Assembly: GCA_951406725.2 (NCBI GenBank)
Contig: OX597823.1
Location: 89,218,001-89,282,000, forward strand
Direction of reading: 5' to 3'
DNA from: Octopus vulgaris
Lineage: Eukaryota
Length of the DNA stretch: 64,000 nt
The notes beneath the pieces were generated by a model. The model was not told the DNA's origin. It did not search any database and saw only the letters and a program-made list of their open reading frames with translations. Positions 27,821 through 41,473 of this stretch are shown one piece after another; the first letter of the stretch is position 1; the number at the start of each line of letters is the position of its first letter. The translations under genes and the position numbers were made by a program.

Positions 27821-28374
27821 CTTTCCAATATATAAGAGTATTAAAAAAAAGTTCTAATTTCATATATTCAGATTTATATATATAATGAGATTTTTAAGTA
27901 ATATGTGCAGGTTGAATAAAAGCTAGTATGGTAAATTAATTTTTATTTGGTTATAAAATATTAGGATTTGAAAATTTAGGAAAGGTCAGAATGTTCTTAT
28001 TTAAAATATTTAAACGTACGGGTAGCACTATGTATGCAAGACACTCCCAGTTCAGAACGGTTATTCAATAAGTTTGTATTATTCCTATGTTTTAAAATTT
28101 CATATGTCTCCATGGAACAAAGTTCACATCTATCTCTACTATTTTTATAACACTGTGCTTTTCTTATTGTATCCCATTTTAGATTAAATTCTATATTTTT
28201 TTTCTTTCAGTTCCCAAATTTTACTGGATAGCGTTCTGCAACCTGCCTTATGTTTAAGCCTAAAATAGGAAAAATGATTGTTCAGACGTTTTTTTAGATC
28301 TATAATAATACCATACAAAATTCTAGTGCCTTTGACTTAAGTACTATATTCATCCGAATCTAAATTTTGCTGAA

Positions 28375-28408
<34 letters not shown>

Positions 28409-28904
28409 GAACTAGATTCTGGGAATCTATCCATATAAATCATTATGGAGAACCGGGGAATATTTCGCTCAAATACACCCTATAACTTGAACGTAACCAC
28501 CAACACCAACGCATAAATTTCATAATCACTTCCAATAGATCAACATAAATGTGAGTTCTAATTGCCTACGTAGTATTGCTTCCCATGCCTCACATTAGAA
28601 TCTGAGGTGAGCAACCACCACTACCACGTTCCCAGAATTTCATACTTTAACAATTTTTACTTTTTAAATTGGTGATACAGGGAATAACTATATAACAAAA
28701 TAATGATACTGAGATAAATTACACAGGATTGACTGAGAAGCAAATACACCAATTATATATATTCCTTGTACAAAAATAAAACTAATTTTACCTCCATGCT
28801 TCAGTAAATCTCAGCATTAAAGGATAGGGGAGACAAGCAATATCTTTTATAACATTAAAGACAGATCTGTCTTATAACTAGAAACATTGAATAAAAGAGC
28901 CGAA

Positions 28905-29030
28905 ACCTACTCTTACGGTAATTACTTTCACTAGTGTTGAAGGTTTTTCCTGATGCATTCTTAATTCTCAATACAGTAGCCTCAATGATACGTCGCCGGG
29001 TCACATCAAGTAACATTCAAGTACAAACAG
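28905..29030 (-). mobile_element. Possible Penelope GIY-YIG endonuclease C-terminal relic
   Basis: Minus-strand LLDVTRRRIIEATVLRIKNASGKTFNTSE resembles the R..IE...I.....FN end of PLE endonucleases. Confidence 0.4.
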
Positions 29031-29293
29031 TAATTTGTATAGAACAACGCTAGCCTCACAATTTGCATTTTAGAAAAACAAGTAAGGAGTCGATATCCTT
29101 CACTAACATCACTACAAGAAATGGAGGCTATTTTAGCTGAAGAATGAACAAAAATTTCTTTGAAAATAATTCAAACTTTGTACGAGTCCATACCTCAAAG
29201 AATCCATGGTGTAATTACTAGCAAAGGGGCTCCTACCTCATGTTAAAATAAATTTGCTTGAAATATTGAGCTGTTTCCATTATTTTGTCCACC

Positions 29294-29337
<44 letters not shown>

Positions 29338-29594
29338 TTTAGGACATCTACTACTCTATCTTTCCTCTACATTGTAGTGTATTGTTCCTGCTCAACTCTG
29401 ATTCACTTTCTATTTAATATTGGAACTAGTAATTTCCACATGGAGTATCATCGAACATACTTATTGGGAACTGCTAATGGACCTTATATAAATTTTTATT
29501 ATTTATTTGTCTTGGAACTGCGTAACGCATGCCTGTTTTACTCTGATAACTTCTTTCACACTGGAAGATACTAATTTTTAGTTTTTACTTCTCC

Positions 29595-29682
29595 CTCTCT
29601 GTTGGCTGAATATTCAGATTATGGAATTCTTATTCAATATCATGATCTAAATGCTTGGCTATTCGAGAAACAGCTGTTAGAG
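29595..29682 (+). ncRNA. Degenerate hammerhead-like motif with long stem II
   Basis: ctct-CTGTTGG-ctgaata...tattcga-GAAA-cagctg-TT-agag. Stem I ctct/agag, palindromic ACAGCUGU stem III; the core has two deviations. Confidence 0.4.
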
Positions 29683-30477
29683 ACAATGTATGTTTATATT
29701 CTCTAAATTGAATGTTTCTTTCGATGCCAAATGTCTTGCATTTTCCTTTTTATTTTAATACAGATTGTAAGAGAGAAGACATGAGATGAATATATTCATT
29801 CACCAGTTATGTGTATGTATGTATGTATGTGTGTGTGTGTGTGTGTGTGTGAGTGTAAATATACACACGTACAGAAAGAGACAGACAGACAGGAAGACAA
29901 GCAATCAGGTAAGTAGACAGATAGACAGAGACGCACAGACACGCACAAACTGACTGACAAGAGTGGGACCAGGACACTGAGACAAAAAGGAAACGACTAG
30001 TTATAAATGTATATGTGTATGTTTATGTATGTGTGTGTATGTATGTATGCATGCATACATGTATGAATGTATGTATGTATGTAAGTATGCATGTATGTAT
30101 GTATATATGTATGCAAGTATGTATTTATGTTTGTGTGCCTAAGTATGTATGTATTTATCCGTAGTCATGTTTTCAGTCTATTATTGTGAACGTATCAATC
30201 TACATCACTTGGTACCTTTATTTTTATTTATATTAATAATTTCACTTGTGTGTATGTGTGTGACGGTTGCTTATCGGTTTATGTGTCTGTTTGTGTGTTT
30301 GTAAGTCTGTGTACATGTGTAGGGCGTTCGCGTATATGAAAACAAACAGACAGATGCATACATATATAAATATAATAATGTTGGTTTATATATGAATTAA
30401 TACATTGGGTTACATAAAGAAATAAAATGAAAGGCATATTACAGTTAATTACCATAGCCAGACTGATAGATAGATAT

Positions 30478-30626
<149 letters not shown>

Positions 30627-30664
30627 AAGATAGATAGATAGATATTTAGGTAGGTAGATAGATA

Positions 30665-30766
30665 GATACCATTCATAATAACGTACTATGCAATTTTGAG
30701 TTAATGCGTTTTTCTCTGTTTGTATAATTGAGAATAAAAGTTGGCGTTTATCTGGTTTCACATATC
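30665..30766. repeat. 102-bp segment duplicated at 41470-41571
   Basis: 3 mismatches in 102 bp; both copies follow a (GATA)n array. Confidence 0.93.
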
Positions 30767-30935
30767 CATATGACTAATCATGGTTATTGATTCAGTGAAT
30801 TAATATGTGAAATTGAGAAATAATGGAAACGTGCATCGGGGGGAAATCATTCACTATCACAGCCCGCTGACGACATGGCTCCTACTTTCGTCATATGACA
30901 CGATTGCAAACCGAGTTTTACACGCAAGTGCACTT

Positions 30936-30969
<34 letters not shown>

Positions 30970-31021
30970 TGTGTGTGTTCATAATATAAATATATACATT
31001 GCATCATATTTTATATGCATG

Positions 31022-31069
<48 letters not shown>

Positions 31070-32419
31070 TGAGTGTATGTGTATTTGTGTGTGTGTGTGT
31101 ATACACACATTCATAGGCACCTGCAATATATACATATACATATATATAGCTATATGTACATCAATATCTACCTATACAAGTGTATGTGTGTGTATGTACG
31201 TATCAATGTGTGTATATGTCTATGTAAGTAAGTATGCATGTATGTACTATTGCACTCATGCACACAGCATGCTTACTTGCTCCCCCTTGCATAACCACAC
31301 TGGATATTCATTTTCACCAGCTGCAACGTTTCTCTTTTACATAATTATCAAATATTGTAATGGCATATTTCCGCACTTGTTAGTGTCATTGCTTCTCCTA
31401 AAGATTGTCGATACCCGCGTTGAACAAGTTCATATTTAACATGATGGTAATTTGTTTTTTGTAGAAATACACTCAGCTCTCTCACAAAAGCCAGTATGCT
31501 ATGCTTTTTCATTTCTTTTTCTTTCTTTTCTAGTCTTCATGATGTTTAGCATTGAACATAGCCTCAACATAGACTGGAGGCTAATGGATGATATGTGTAC
31601 AAAAGAGATTCTACATGCTTGATGGTCCGCTAAAGATAGCAGTTAAATTTCTTTCAACTGATAATCAACTATCTGAAATGGTATATATGCTACTGTAGGC
31701 CTAGATACACTACGCCTGGAAGAAATGCATGAAGATCATGGCGGGAATGCTTTTGTCAATAAAGAAACTTTAGCAGGGCTGAATAACCACTGCCATGAAC
31801 AACAGAAAAGTCTGTAATTGGCAGACTGGCGTCACAGTGTAGCATCAGGTTTCGATTATATATGTCACTCGAAACTTTTCCTCGAATCGATAAAATAGTC
31901 CAGTATCCTTATTGAAAAAAATCTATGACAAAAAGCGTTCTAAGGGAAGACCGTCTCGTCATTTATTCAGACATAGGCTTAATCTGTGTCTACATTATTA
32001 GTAGAGTGTAACCTGATGGGGAAATGACAGCTCGAGTAATAAAGATGGAGCCAACTTAATCAACCGCACACCTGCAGAATATTCAGTTCAAAAGATCGGC
32101 TCGTGACTCCAGAAATCATCAGATCATTTTCTAGCAGCTGTTGCTCGTTGTGGTCGCTGTTGCTGTTATTGTCATCATTGTCATCGTCATTGGCATTTAA
32201 TCTCAAATCAGTTTCGCTTCAATCGACAAACCTATCGAGGACAATCTAGTCGTGATTATTCAGTCTTTTAACCTAAGGCATAGTTCGCTCAAACTACATA
32301 ACACCGTACTGTAAAACGGTAGAATGTTATCGGAATAAGATTTGGCGGCTATGTTTAATAAGTTGAGGGGTCATGTAAAGGCTTTCTTTTCCTCTTGCTA
32401 TGCTGGGCGTTATTATTAT

Positions 32420-33420
32420 TGTTCGACTTTGCCTTTCATCCTTTTGGGGTCGATTAAATAAGCACCAGTTGAGTTCTGACGTCGATGTAATCGATTTACT
32501 TCCACCCGCAAAATGTCTGGCCTTGTATCAAAATTTGAAAATAATTATTACGATAGCAAGCTGGCAGAATCGTTAACATACCGGACAAAATGCTAAGCAA
32601 CATTTCGCGCGTCCTTACGTTCCAAGTTCAAATTTTACCGAGGTCGATTTTGCCTTTCATCCTTTCGGGGTCGATAAATTAAGTACCAGTTGCATACTGA
32701 GGTCGATCTAATCGTCTAGCCCCTCCCAAAAACTTTCGGCTCTTGTACCCAGAGTAGAAAAGATTATGAAAGTAGTGGAAGACGGAAAGCTGGCAGTATC
32801 GTTAGCATGCCGTGCAAAATGCTTAGTAGCATTTCGTCCATCTTTAAGTCCTGAGTTCAAATTCCGTCGAAGTGGACTTTGCCTTTCGTCCATTCGGAGT
32901 CGATAATGTAAGAATCAGTTGCGTACTGGGGTTGGGGTAACTGAATTATCCCTCCCCCAAAATTGCTGGTCATGTGACAAACTTTAAAATCTTTATTGAG
33001 GCAGTGAGCAGACAGAATCATTAACATGTTAAAATAAATGCTTTGCTGAATTTGTCCCGACTCCTTACCTTATGAGTACAAACTCTACTAAAGTAAACTT
33101 TGACTTTCATCCCTCTGGAGTTGGTAAGTAAATCGAGGGAATTAACAAATATATTCCCCTTAAAATTTTTGGGCTTGTACCCAAATTAGAAACCGATATC
33201 TTAAAGGTACCGACTTCACAGAATCAGTAAAGCATCGGAGAAAATGAGTTGCGGTATTTGTTTCCTATCTTTACCTTCTCAGTTCAGATTCCGCCGAGAT
33301 CAAATTTGTTTCACATTCTTTCGGGGTTCGATAAACTGAAACATCAGTGGAATCGATGGTATTAGTAAGGCCCTCCACTCAAAATAGTTTGCCTTCTGCC
33401 TAATTCAAAAAATTATTAAT
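32420..33420 (+). mobile_element. Head-to-tail array of ~5 SINE family 1 copies
   Basis: Repeated gctggcagaatcgttagca..gagttcaaatt..gcctttcatcc..ggggtcgat..aagtaccag units, each ~210-230 bp and differently diverged. Confidence 0.88.
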
Positions 33421-33703
33421 TTTATTTAGCCTCAAGTCACCCTTGATCGAACAAAATCTATAATCACCATCGTACTATTTTCTGCAGTACATCTAGATTT
33501 CTTTTTGTGGTGGAGTGTAATTCAATAGAAATTTGGCTGATATTTCTACCATTTAGAAAATCCTCTCATTTTTGTCCAATGGATACCGTACTGCATGTAA
33601 TAGAATTACCTAACCTAGGTGTTCCTGTGGTGAAATCGATTTGCCTGTTCGACTGTTAAAGGAAACAACGTAGCTCCAAGTTCACCCAGACTTTCACTTT
33701 TAA

Positions 33704-33920
33704 GGCGGCTAGCTGACAGAATCGTTACTACGCCGGTCAAAATGCTCGGAAGTATTTCATCCGTCTTTACGATTTGACTTCAAATGCCGCAAGAGTCTAC
33801 ATTGCCATTCATCCTTTCGGAGTCGTTAAAATAAGTACCAGTTAAACAATGGGGTCGATGTAATTGACTTAGTTCTACCCTCAAACATGCTGGGTTTGTG
33901 TCAAAATTTGAAACCAATAT
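33704..33920 (+). mobile_element. SINE family 1 copy
   Basis: Match to 13490-13700. Confidence 0.85.
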
Positions 33921-34970
33921 CACTATCTATCCCAATTTTAGAATTCCAAGCAAGGTTTTTAAATCACTCTATTAATACCCAGCCCAAACGCAATTTTCTT
34001 TATAGGCTTCTTCCTCGATTCCTTATATTAAGGGGTTAAAACCTAGAGCGGAAAGTTAACGTGATCAGAAATCATTTATTTGACAAGGCTAAATAAGTAT
34101 GCTTACGTATGACACATCTTATCCCGCACTGTTTTATACGAAACGTATCAATATATAATATATTCTCTTCACGCATTCTTTTTATCATACATAGATTCAG
34201 TCGCTACACTATTAAATGAGGAGCACTATCCATTCATATGTGATTATTTTTATTAACTTTTCTGCTGAAATGTTAGGATTTACAGCCGACAGCTAGAAGG
34301 AAAACCAAGTAATATAAAACATAAATATCCGGCTAAAGCTAAAAAGCATAACGAAACGCCGGAGGTGGATTTTAACTCTCGATCTCAAAACAGGTTTTCC
34401 ACTAGATTCTTTGCTCAACTATTTCGAATTAGCGATCTAGAGCCGTTACAGAAATAAACTTCATTTATTTGTATATTTTTTCCCCTCTTTTCCTCCTTTT
34501 TTTCTGTTGGTTTGCTGTTATTGCGTAGTTTTCCTTACACTACTGAGTACAACTGCATGCACCTTTAGCATTTTCTTTTAGTTCTTTCAGTCATTGTATG
34601 AAGCCTTTCAGGGGCACCACCCTCAAACATTTAATCGAAAAACTGTCTCCACCACCAACCAATATCGCGTACTTATTTTTTTAAAGTCTGGTATTTACCC
34701 TGTTAACTTTTGCTGATGCACCAAGTGACGATTACTCGTCGTTGTCGAATAGTGTAGGGACAAAAATACACTCATACACACACCCACACGCCTACACACA
34801 AACATATGCATGTATGTATGCATGTATGTATGTATGTATGTATGTATGTATGTATATATCTAAATCTATATATCTATATATATATTATATATATGAGTCA
34901 GACGCCATGATAGATCGTTAGCCACTACACACATTTTTTCTCTCCTTGTTTCTCTCCTTGTTTTTTCTGA

Positions 34971-35011
34971 GTCCCTTCTGTAGAAGAGCGTAGGCTCGAA
35001 ATGTAAAAGAC
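34971..35011 (+). ncRNA. Minimal hammerhead-like motif, core CUGUAGA (A6U), in a ~190-bp TA-embedded repeat (34895-35085)
   Basis: gtccctt-CTGTAGA-a-gagc[gtag]gctc-GAAA-tg-TA-aaagac. Stem II perfect; stem III ATGT (CpG-decayed ACGT); stem I imperfect. Confidence 0.55.
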
Positions 35012-35080
35012 TTTTCTAATACATCTGTTTGTTTTGTACACCACCTGTCTTCGTCTTTTGTTTTTTCGTAAACTCTCCCT

Positions 35081-35174
<94 letters not shown>

Positions 35175-35177
<3 letters not shown>

Positions 35178-35350
35178 GTGTGTTATGAGAATTTATGGGA
35201 ACGTATCCCATAGAAACTCAACAAGTATGTTTGAATTATAAAAGAATTAAAATCTTCTTTTTATATTTCAACATCTCTTCTCCTCCATTTTTTAACATAC
35301 TTGTTGAGTTTCTATGGAATACTTTTCCATACATTCTCATAACACACCAC
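35175..35350. repeat. 57-bp inverted repeat with 62-bp spacer
   Basis: 35175-35231 versus the reverse complement of 35294-35350, 4 mismatches. Confidence 0.92.
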
Positions 35351-35503
35351 ACCATATACATGAAATAATTATTACATTTATTCGTAACAATCTTACGCCA
35401 TCAGCATCAGCAAAAATATGAAGAATCTTTGTTAAAAATCGCCCTCTGAAACCCTCCAAGGTAAAGGATGAATTAAAATTCTACCTCTCTCCACACACAC
35501 ACA

Positions 35504-35583
<80 letters not shown>

Positions 35584-35664
35584 AAAGAGTGGTGGTGTTT
35601 CCACGCACGAAAAAATATAGGAATATGTGTTGTTGAGGTAGGTGCATTTTTAACAACACATTTT

Positions 35665-35718
<54 letters not shown>

Positions 35719-35792
35719 TAAGGGTAGAAATCAATATTTATCAATTAAAACCAGTGGTCTAACATATTAAAAAAATCCGAAGATTAAATATT

Positions 35793-35842
35793 TATATATA
35801 CCAATTAAGGACTGAACACGAAAAAGTGTTCAGTCCTTAATT

Positions 35843-35852
<10 letters not shown>
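35793..35852. repeat. Perfect hairpin (27-bp stem including TA, 6-nt loop)
   Basis: tatatataccaattaaggactgaacac-gaaaaa-gtgttcagtccttaattggtatatata. Confidence 0.93.
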
Positions 35853-35886
<34 letters not shown>

Positions 35887-36314
35887 AAGAGAGACAGAGA
35901 GGCAGAGAGCTTCCGATTGTGTCAACTCACCGCCTAAATCACTGTTGTAACTATGGATAACAAGTAAGGTGGTGAGATAAGTAGAATCAAAAGCACGAAA
36001 AGATGTAAACAAACTAGAAGAGTTTTGAGGTATGCAACCCACAGAACATCTACTAATAAAGTGACTCTTGTTGGAAACGATCCTGCACAGAACACCAAAG
36101 CCCCCAACCCCCGTTTTCCATGATCTTTTCCGTTCAAAATAGTTATACTAAACGTTGTTTCCCTAATTGTTGTAAGTAATCTGATTTCAGAAATATTTGG
36201 CTACTATTCTTAACAAGTCGATCGAATGTGTATAAGTTGTTTCCTCTTTGGTTCGTATAACTTCAGATTATTTTGCCTGTCGTTCAAATGATTCCTTTAT
36301 CCTCTACTTTATAT

Positions 36315-36682
36315 TGGCTTCAAATTTTGGCACAAGTCCAGTAATCTCGGGGCCCCAGTGCTCAACTGCGTCTTATTTTATCGACCCGGAAGGCATGAAA
36401 AGCAAAGTCGACTGCGACGGAATTTGAACTAAGAACGTAAAGACAGACGAAATGCGGCAAAGCATTTTGCCAGGCATGCTTACGATTCATTTCTACTCTA
36501 AGAACAAGGCCCGAAATTTTAGATCGACCCCGGTTCGCAACTGGTACTCAATTTATCGATCCTCGAAAGGATGACAGGCAAATTCGACCTCGACAGAATT
36601 TGAACTCAGAGCATTAAGACAGATGAAATGCCGCGGAGCATTTTGCCCGGCATGCTTACGATTCTACCAACTCCCCACCTTC
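36315..36682 (-). mobile_element. Two tandem SINE family 1 copies
   Basis: Reverse-complement matches to family 1. Confidence 0.85.
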
Positions 36683-36807
36683 ACCACTGCCTTATGTTGG
36701 CATTAATAATTTTGTTGTTGCTGTTCTTATTTCTTCTGTATTTTAACTCCCTAGATCAGCTCTGAGGCAACAAACCTATAATCAAAATGTATCATGAGTC
36801 ATTATAT

Positions 36808-36998
36808 AGGCATAGGCTTGGCCGCGTGGCAAGAATTTTGCTTCCCAACCACTTAGATCCGGGTTCCGTTCACTGCGTATTATCTTCGACAAGTGTATCC
36901 TATCATAGCTCCGCGCCAACCAAAACATTCAAAATTAATTAGGTAGACCTTATCTGAAAGAAGGTCGTTGTATGTATGTATGTATGTATGTATGTATG

Positions 36999-37056
<58 letters not shown>

Positions 37057-37810
37057 CGAAATAAGCAACAGGATATCATATACGACTGTTTCAAGCGGCT
37101 GCATTCATTTAAATGAACAATCCAATCATTACATCACTTTAAATGCAGGGATATCTTCAGCTGCATAAATAAATAAATAAAAATAAATAAATAAATAAAA
37201 TTTATTTAATCAGTCGTACCACATGACCTCTGGATATCCTGTTGCTTAGTTTTATTTTATTCACCTTATTTCAAGTTGTACGATTAATACTGCACTAATT
37301 TATGGTGCTTCAAATTAAGTACCTAATTCATCTGAATCTCAATCATTTTGATATATATATATATATAAAGTTAATCCAAACATGAAAACACAACAACGCG
37401 AGGACGTGGAACAAGTATAGTATTATTGGACGCTCAGGAAAGAAAGAAAGAAGGAGGGTTTAACATTTCGAGCGGAGCACTTAGTCAGAAACATAGGAAA
37501 AGGAAAGATCCAAAGAAGGGAAGACGGAGGAAAAAAAATCGCCAACGGTATACACGCGGCCACATTATATACATATATATATATATATGAGCGTGTGTGT
37601 ATGTGTGTGTGTTTGTGTTTGACCCGCATCATCGCTAGATAACTGGTGTTAGTGTATTTATGACACCGTAATTTAGCGGTTCTGTTAAGGACTAGTAGAA
37701 TAAGTATCAGGCTTCAAAATAAGTGTACTGCGGTCGACTCTTTCGACTAAAATTCTTGAAGGCGGTGCCAAAGCGCTGCCGCGACCTAACAACTGTAATA
37801 AGTAAAAACT
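36808..37810 (+). mobile_element. SINE family 2: head (36808-36968) and tail (~37600-37810) separated by material inserted in its internal microsatellite
   Basis: Head ggcataggcttggccgcgtggcaagaattttgcttcccaaccac..ccgggttc; tail catcgctagataactggtg..ggcggtgcca. Collinear with 42578-42905. Confidence 0.6.
37458..37492 (-). ncRNA. Decayed minimal hammerhead motif in a ~200-bp TA-flanked repeat (37368-37566)
   Basis: Minus strand: gttt-CTGACTA-a-gtgc[tcc]gctc-GAAA-tg-TT-aaac. Three single changes from a canonical CUGACGA / gagc-gctc / ACGU motif; stem I gttt/aaac intact. Confidence 0.6.
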
Positions 37811-39039
37811 ATACAACCTTGATCATCGTGATATTCGTCTTTCAAACTGGCCACATTGTCCAACATTCTCCTTCTTTAATATTGTGCAATTCGAGGTAGT
37901 AATGGTAACATTTTCTAGCATATCAAACGCCTACATTAAAAGCCTCTTTAATGAATGTTGCATTAATAATCCTATTTTATGTTAAAAACCAATACAAATT
38001 GACTTTCGCTCTAGAACTGACACGTATTCTATTGACCCAGGATGTATGAAAATAAAGTCGAACCGGGAAACAGCTTTTAAACACAGAACGTTGTGTGACG
38101 TAATGAAATGCTTTCATGCAATTTGTTCAGCACGCTTCCTGCTCTGCCGTCCATCGCCCTTAAATCAGTATTAATAATATACACGCAAATGTCTCTAATC
38201 GCTACACACTTTTTAAAGTTTCAAACACAACTTAATCAATGTGTCTTTCTGAAATCTTTCCATTATCTACTGTGAGAGAATTATGTCGTAATGTATTTGA
38301 ATGTATTTGTAGTTTATATCCAGCGAAGGAACTGCAAATGCCATTTGTCATTTGTCATTTTTCTACTCACATAAAAGCATTCTCGAATGTTCCTGGATGT
38401 TTATTGGTTTATCACTATAATATTGATTTCGAACATAAGGAAAAAGGCCCACAGGCATTTATATTGGATTGAAAATTGAATTGTGTGACATTCATGTCTT
38501 TCTTAATATGACTGTTTCATTGAAGGCGAAGGATTGGCAAACTTAGGAGAGCGGTGGAGAAAATGGCTTCTGCAATACATCTACGTTCTCTTACATTCTG
38601 ATTTCGATCCCACGTGAGACCGATATTGTTTTATATCCTTCTGAAGGAATAGGGCTCACATACACGATTGCTGGCTTACTACACAACAATATGTGAACTC
38701 GTGTACATGTAAAAAAAAAAAATCAATATGCTGAAAGGAATATAAATCAAGTCAGTAGATATATCAATAAATTATATTCACGTCACAAACTCAATTATCC
38801 AGTTTCAACTTTCGTTCTATAAGAAACTTGTTTCTGTATCATCTAACAGATCTAAATTATGGGGAATCAAAACTTTGGTATGGTTTCTATTACTTTTCAT
38901 TGCACAAGTACTCTCCGAAAAACTATGGACATCTCAAATTCCAAGTTATCATCCTTTAAATGTATAGGCTTGCTATATTGGTTCAAAATAAACAATACCA
39001 GTAAATTATATCTATATAGTAACTATAATATACTCAATA

Positions 39040-39372
39040 GGTAGGTATAATATGACTGAATGGTTAAGAAGTTCGCTTGGAAACAACGAGGTTCCATGTT
39101 TGATCCAGCAGCCTGATATCTTGGGTATTGATGTTTTGTATGGCCTTGTTTCGACTCATACCTTCTAAGTGAAATTGGGTAGGTAGAAACTATACAGACC
39201 TCTGTCAGGCAGACTGTAAATTTAATTCGAAAGAGATATCCTTGTCACAAACTATGTTACGTGGATTTTACCTGAAAATTACGTTAAAATTATGTGTCTG
39301 TGTAATAATCAACTACTAAAACATTAATTCAGGTGAAAATAATTCACTTCAGCAAATAACTAAATCCTCAAT
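39040..39372 (+). mobile_element. Old chimeric SINE: family-2 head with the family-3 (54429-type) tail
   Basis: Head tgactgaatggttaagaagttcgcttgg..cttgggta..gtgaaattgggtaggtagaaact. Tail ccttgtcacaaactatgttacgtgga..tacgttaa..tgtgtctgtg, similar to 54647-54740. Confidence 0.6.
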
Positions 39373-39749
39373 AGAAAGTGATGGAGATCCACTAATCAAC
39401 TATACTCTGTAGATTTCCCTTATTACATGAGGAAAATATCAAACTTTCAAACCCACCCCCCATTATTTGCACATTTTTTATTGAATCCATAATGAACGCA
39501 AATGAAGGAGATCTCAGAGAAATTTGAAAGAGAAGTATAATGACTAAGTGTCATTGAAATATCAATGGGATGTACACATCCACACGAGCCAATGAGCGTG
39601 CTTCTCTAGAAACAGCAGCAATGTTGTTTTGAAATCACACTTTACCATCTTAGGAATAGAAATGATATATTGAATAAGAATTCCTAAAAACGTCTAAAGA
39701 GACAAAATGTTCGTAGCTGGAATATTTGGAATATTGGACCAGTTAGTGA

Positions 39750-39975
39750 TCGCCTTTGCACCATGCAACTCAGATCTGGCATTCTTCGACTTTCATCTAT
39801 ACGGTCCAATGAAGGATCGTTCTCGGGTCAAAGATTTGTTATGGACAGGGTGAAACTAACTATGAAAATGTGGGTACAAGAGTATGCAATTGAACGTTTT
39901 AGAGAGGATTGAAAGTTGGAGTCAACGATGGAGTAAAAATATCTTTTGTGATGAAGAATATGATGAGTTGTAACT
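39750..39975 (+). mobile_element. Mariner transposase C-terminal relic
   Basis: APCNSDLAFFDFHLYGPMKD resembles YSPDLAPSDFHLFGPMK; later RWSKNIFCDEEYDE resembles RW.KCI...G.Y.E. Confidence 0.75.
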
Positions 39976-40174
39976 TTGAATAAAGCGTTACTCTACTAAC
40001 ACGTCCGATATGAATAAGCTATGCCACTTAATAAAAATGTTATTCCACTTTTGAATTACTTTTGATATAATACTTATGTAAACATTACTAAATCTAGCAC
40101 AGGGCCATTGTAAATCCCAAATAGACTGAATCGTTGTTATCGGTATTAACTTGTATCCGAGTAGTTAATCTGTA

Positions 40175-40480
40175 GAGAGTGACTGAGCCTCTTCAACTTG
40201 ATGGAGGCAAAGGGTGCCGGTACCTGAGGTAGCTGTTCATGCCAAGGACGATATAGAAGAGCCGGGGGTATTATTCAGCTGGAGAGGGTTGGTGGGGAAC
40301 GAGGAAGTGCGAATCGTTATTTTCATCTTCGACGTCTGATCTTTGCCTCTTGTCGTCTGTTATTGTCCATCTGGACTGTGTCCTCGATGATGGCACGCAG
40401 CCACTCTGGACGATCTTTGGCGATTTTCTCCCATGTATTTGTGTCAATGGAGCAGCGGAGTAGACTGGTCTTATTGATTT
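40175..40480 (-). mobile_element. RTE-clade LINE 3' relic
   Basis: KTSLLRCSIDTNTWEKIAKDRPEWLRAI..NRRQEAKIRRRR is typical of RTE/BovB-like ORF C-termini. Confidence 0.75.
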
Positions 40481-40673
40481 CAAATAGACTGAATATAATC
40501 CAATATATTCCTATGAATATGTTCTTCCATCTCAGACGAGCGATGAGAAGCAATTTTAAGATATGCGAGTTGGAATACAAAAAAATGTAAATAATCATCA
40601 GTAATTATTTCTTATATTATCAATTAGCAAAAAAAATCTTAATCATGCCTAAGGTAGCATAAATAGACAGTCA

Positions 40674-40743
<70 letters not shown>

Positions 40744-41206
40744 ACAACAACAACAACATCTAGAAACAATAAACACTATAATGTCCAAATATAAATGCTC
40801 TCAGGCTACTTTACAAAGCCATATTATTTTCTCGGTGACACACCTCTACTTTATTGAAGTCAATAACTCAACAATAAAATATATAATGTGGCGTTGAAAT
40901 TTCAATACTATACTAAATAGCTTATTAACAATACATCGTTTCTGCACATCGGCTAAAAGCAGCGATATTCGAAGTGAAGCAATCAGTCATATTTATCATA
41001 AAAAAAAATGTCACTTGTATAAGTTTCAAAGCTTATGATGCTGAACAGTGAAACTAGAAGCTTGTCGTCTGGGGAAATCTAATATGTAAAAACGGTAAAA
41101 AAGTTTTAATGGTATTATACATAACAATGCTACCATCTCAAAACAGTAGTAAACGTATCTAAGTGACGTTTGTGTGTGTGTGTATGTGTGTGCTTGTGTG
41201 TGTGTT

Positions 41207-41246
<40 letters not shown>

Positions 41247-41354
41247 CATATGTATAGCTAGGAATGTATGTATATAGTGTGCGTGAGAAGTGTGAGTGTT
41301 TGAATGGATGTGATGGTATGTTTTCACATAAAAATATTTCTCTGAGATAGATGA

Positions 41355-41398
<44 letters not shown>

Positions 41399-41407
41399 GT
41401 AGGTAGG

Positions 41408-41469
<62 letters not shown>

Positions 41470-41473
<4 letters not shown>

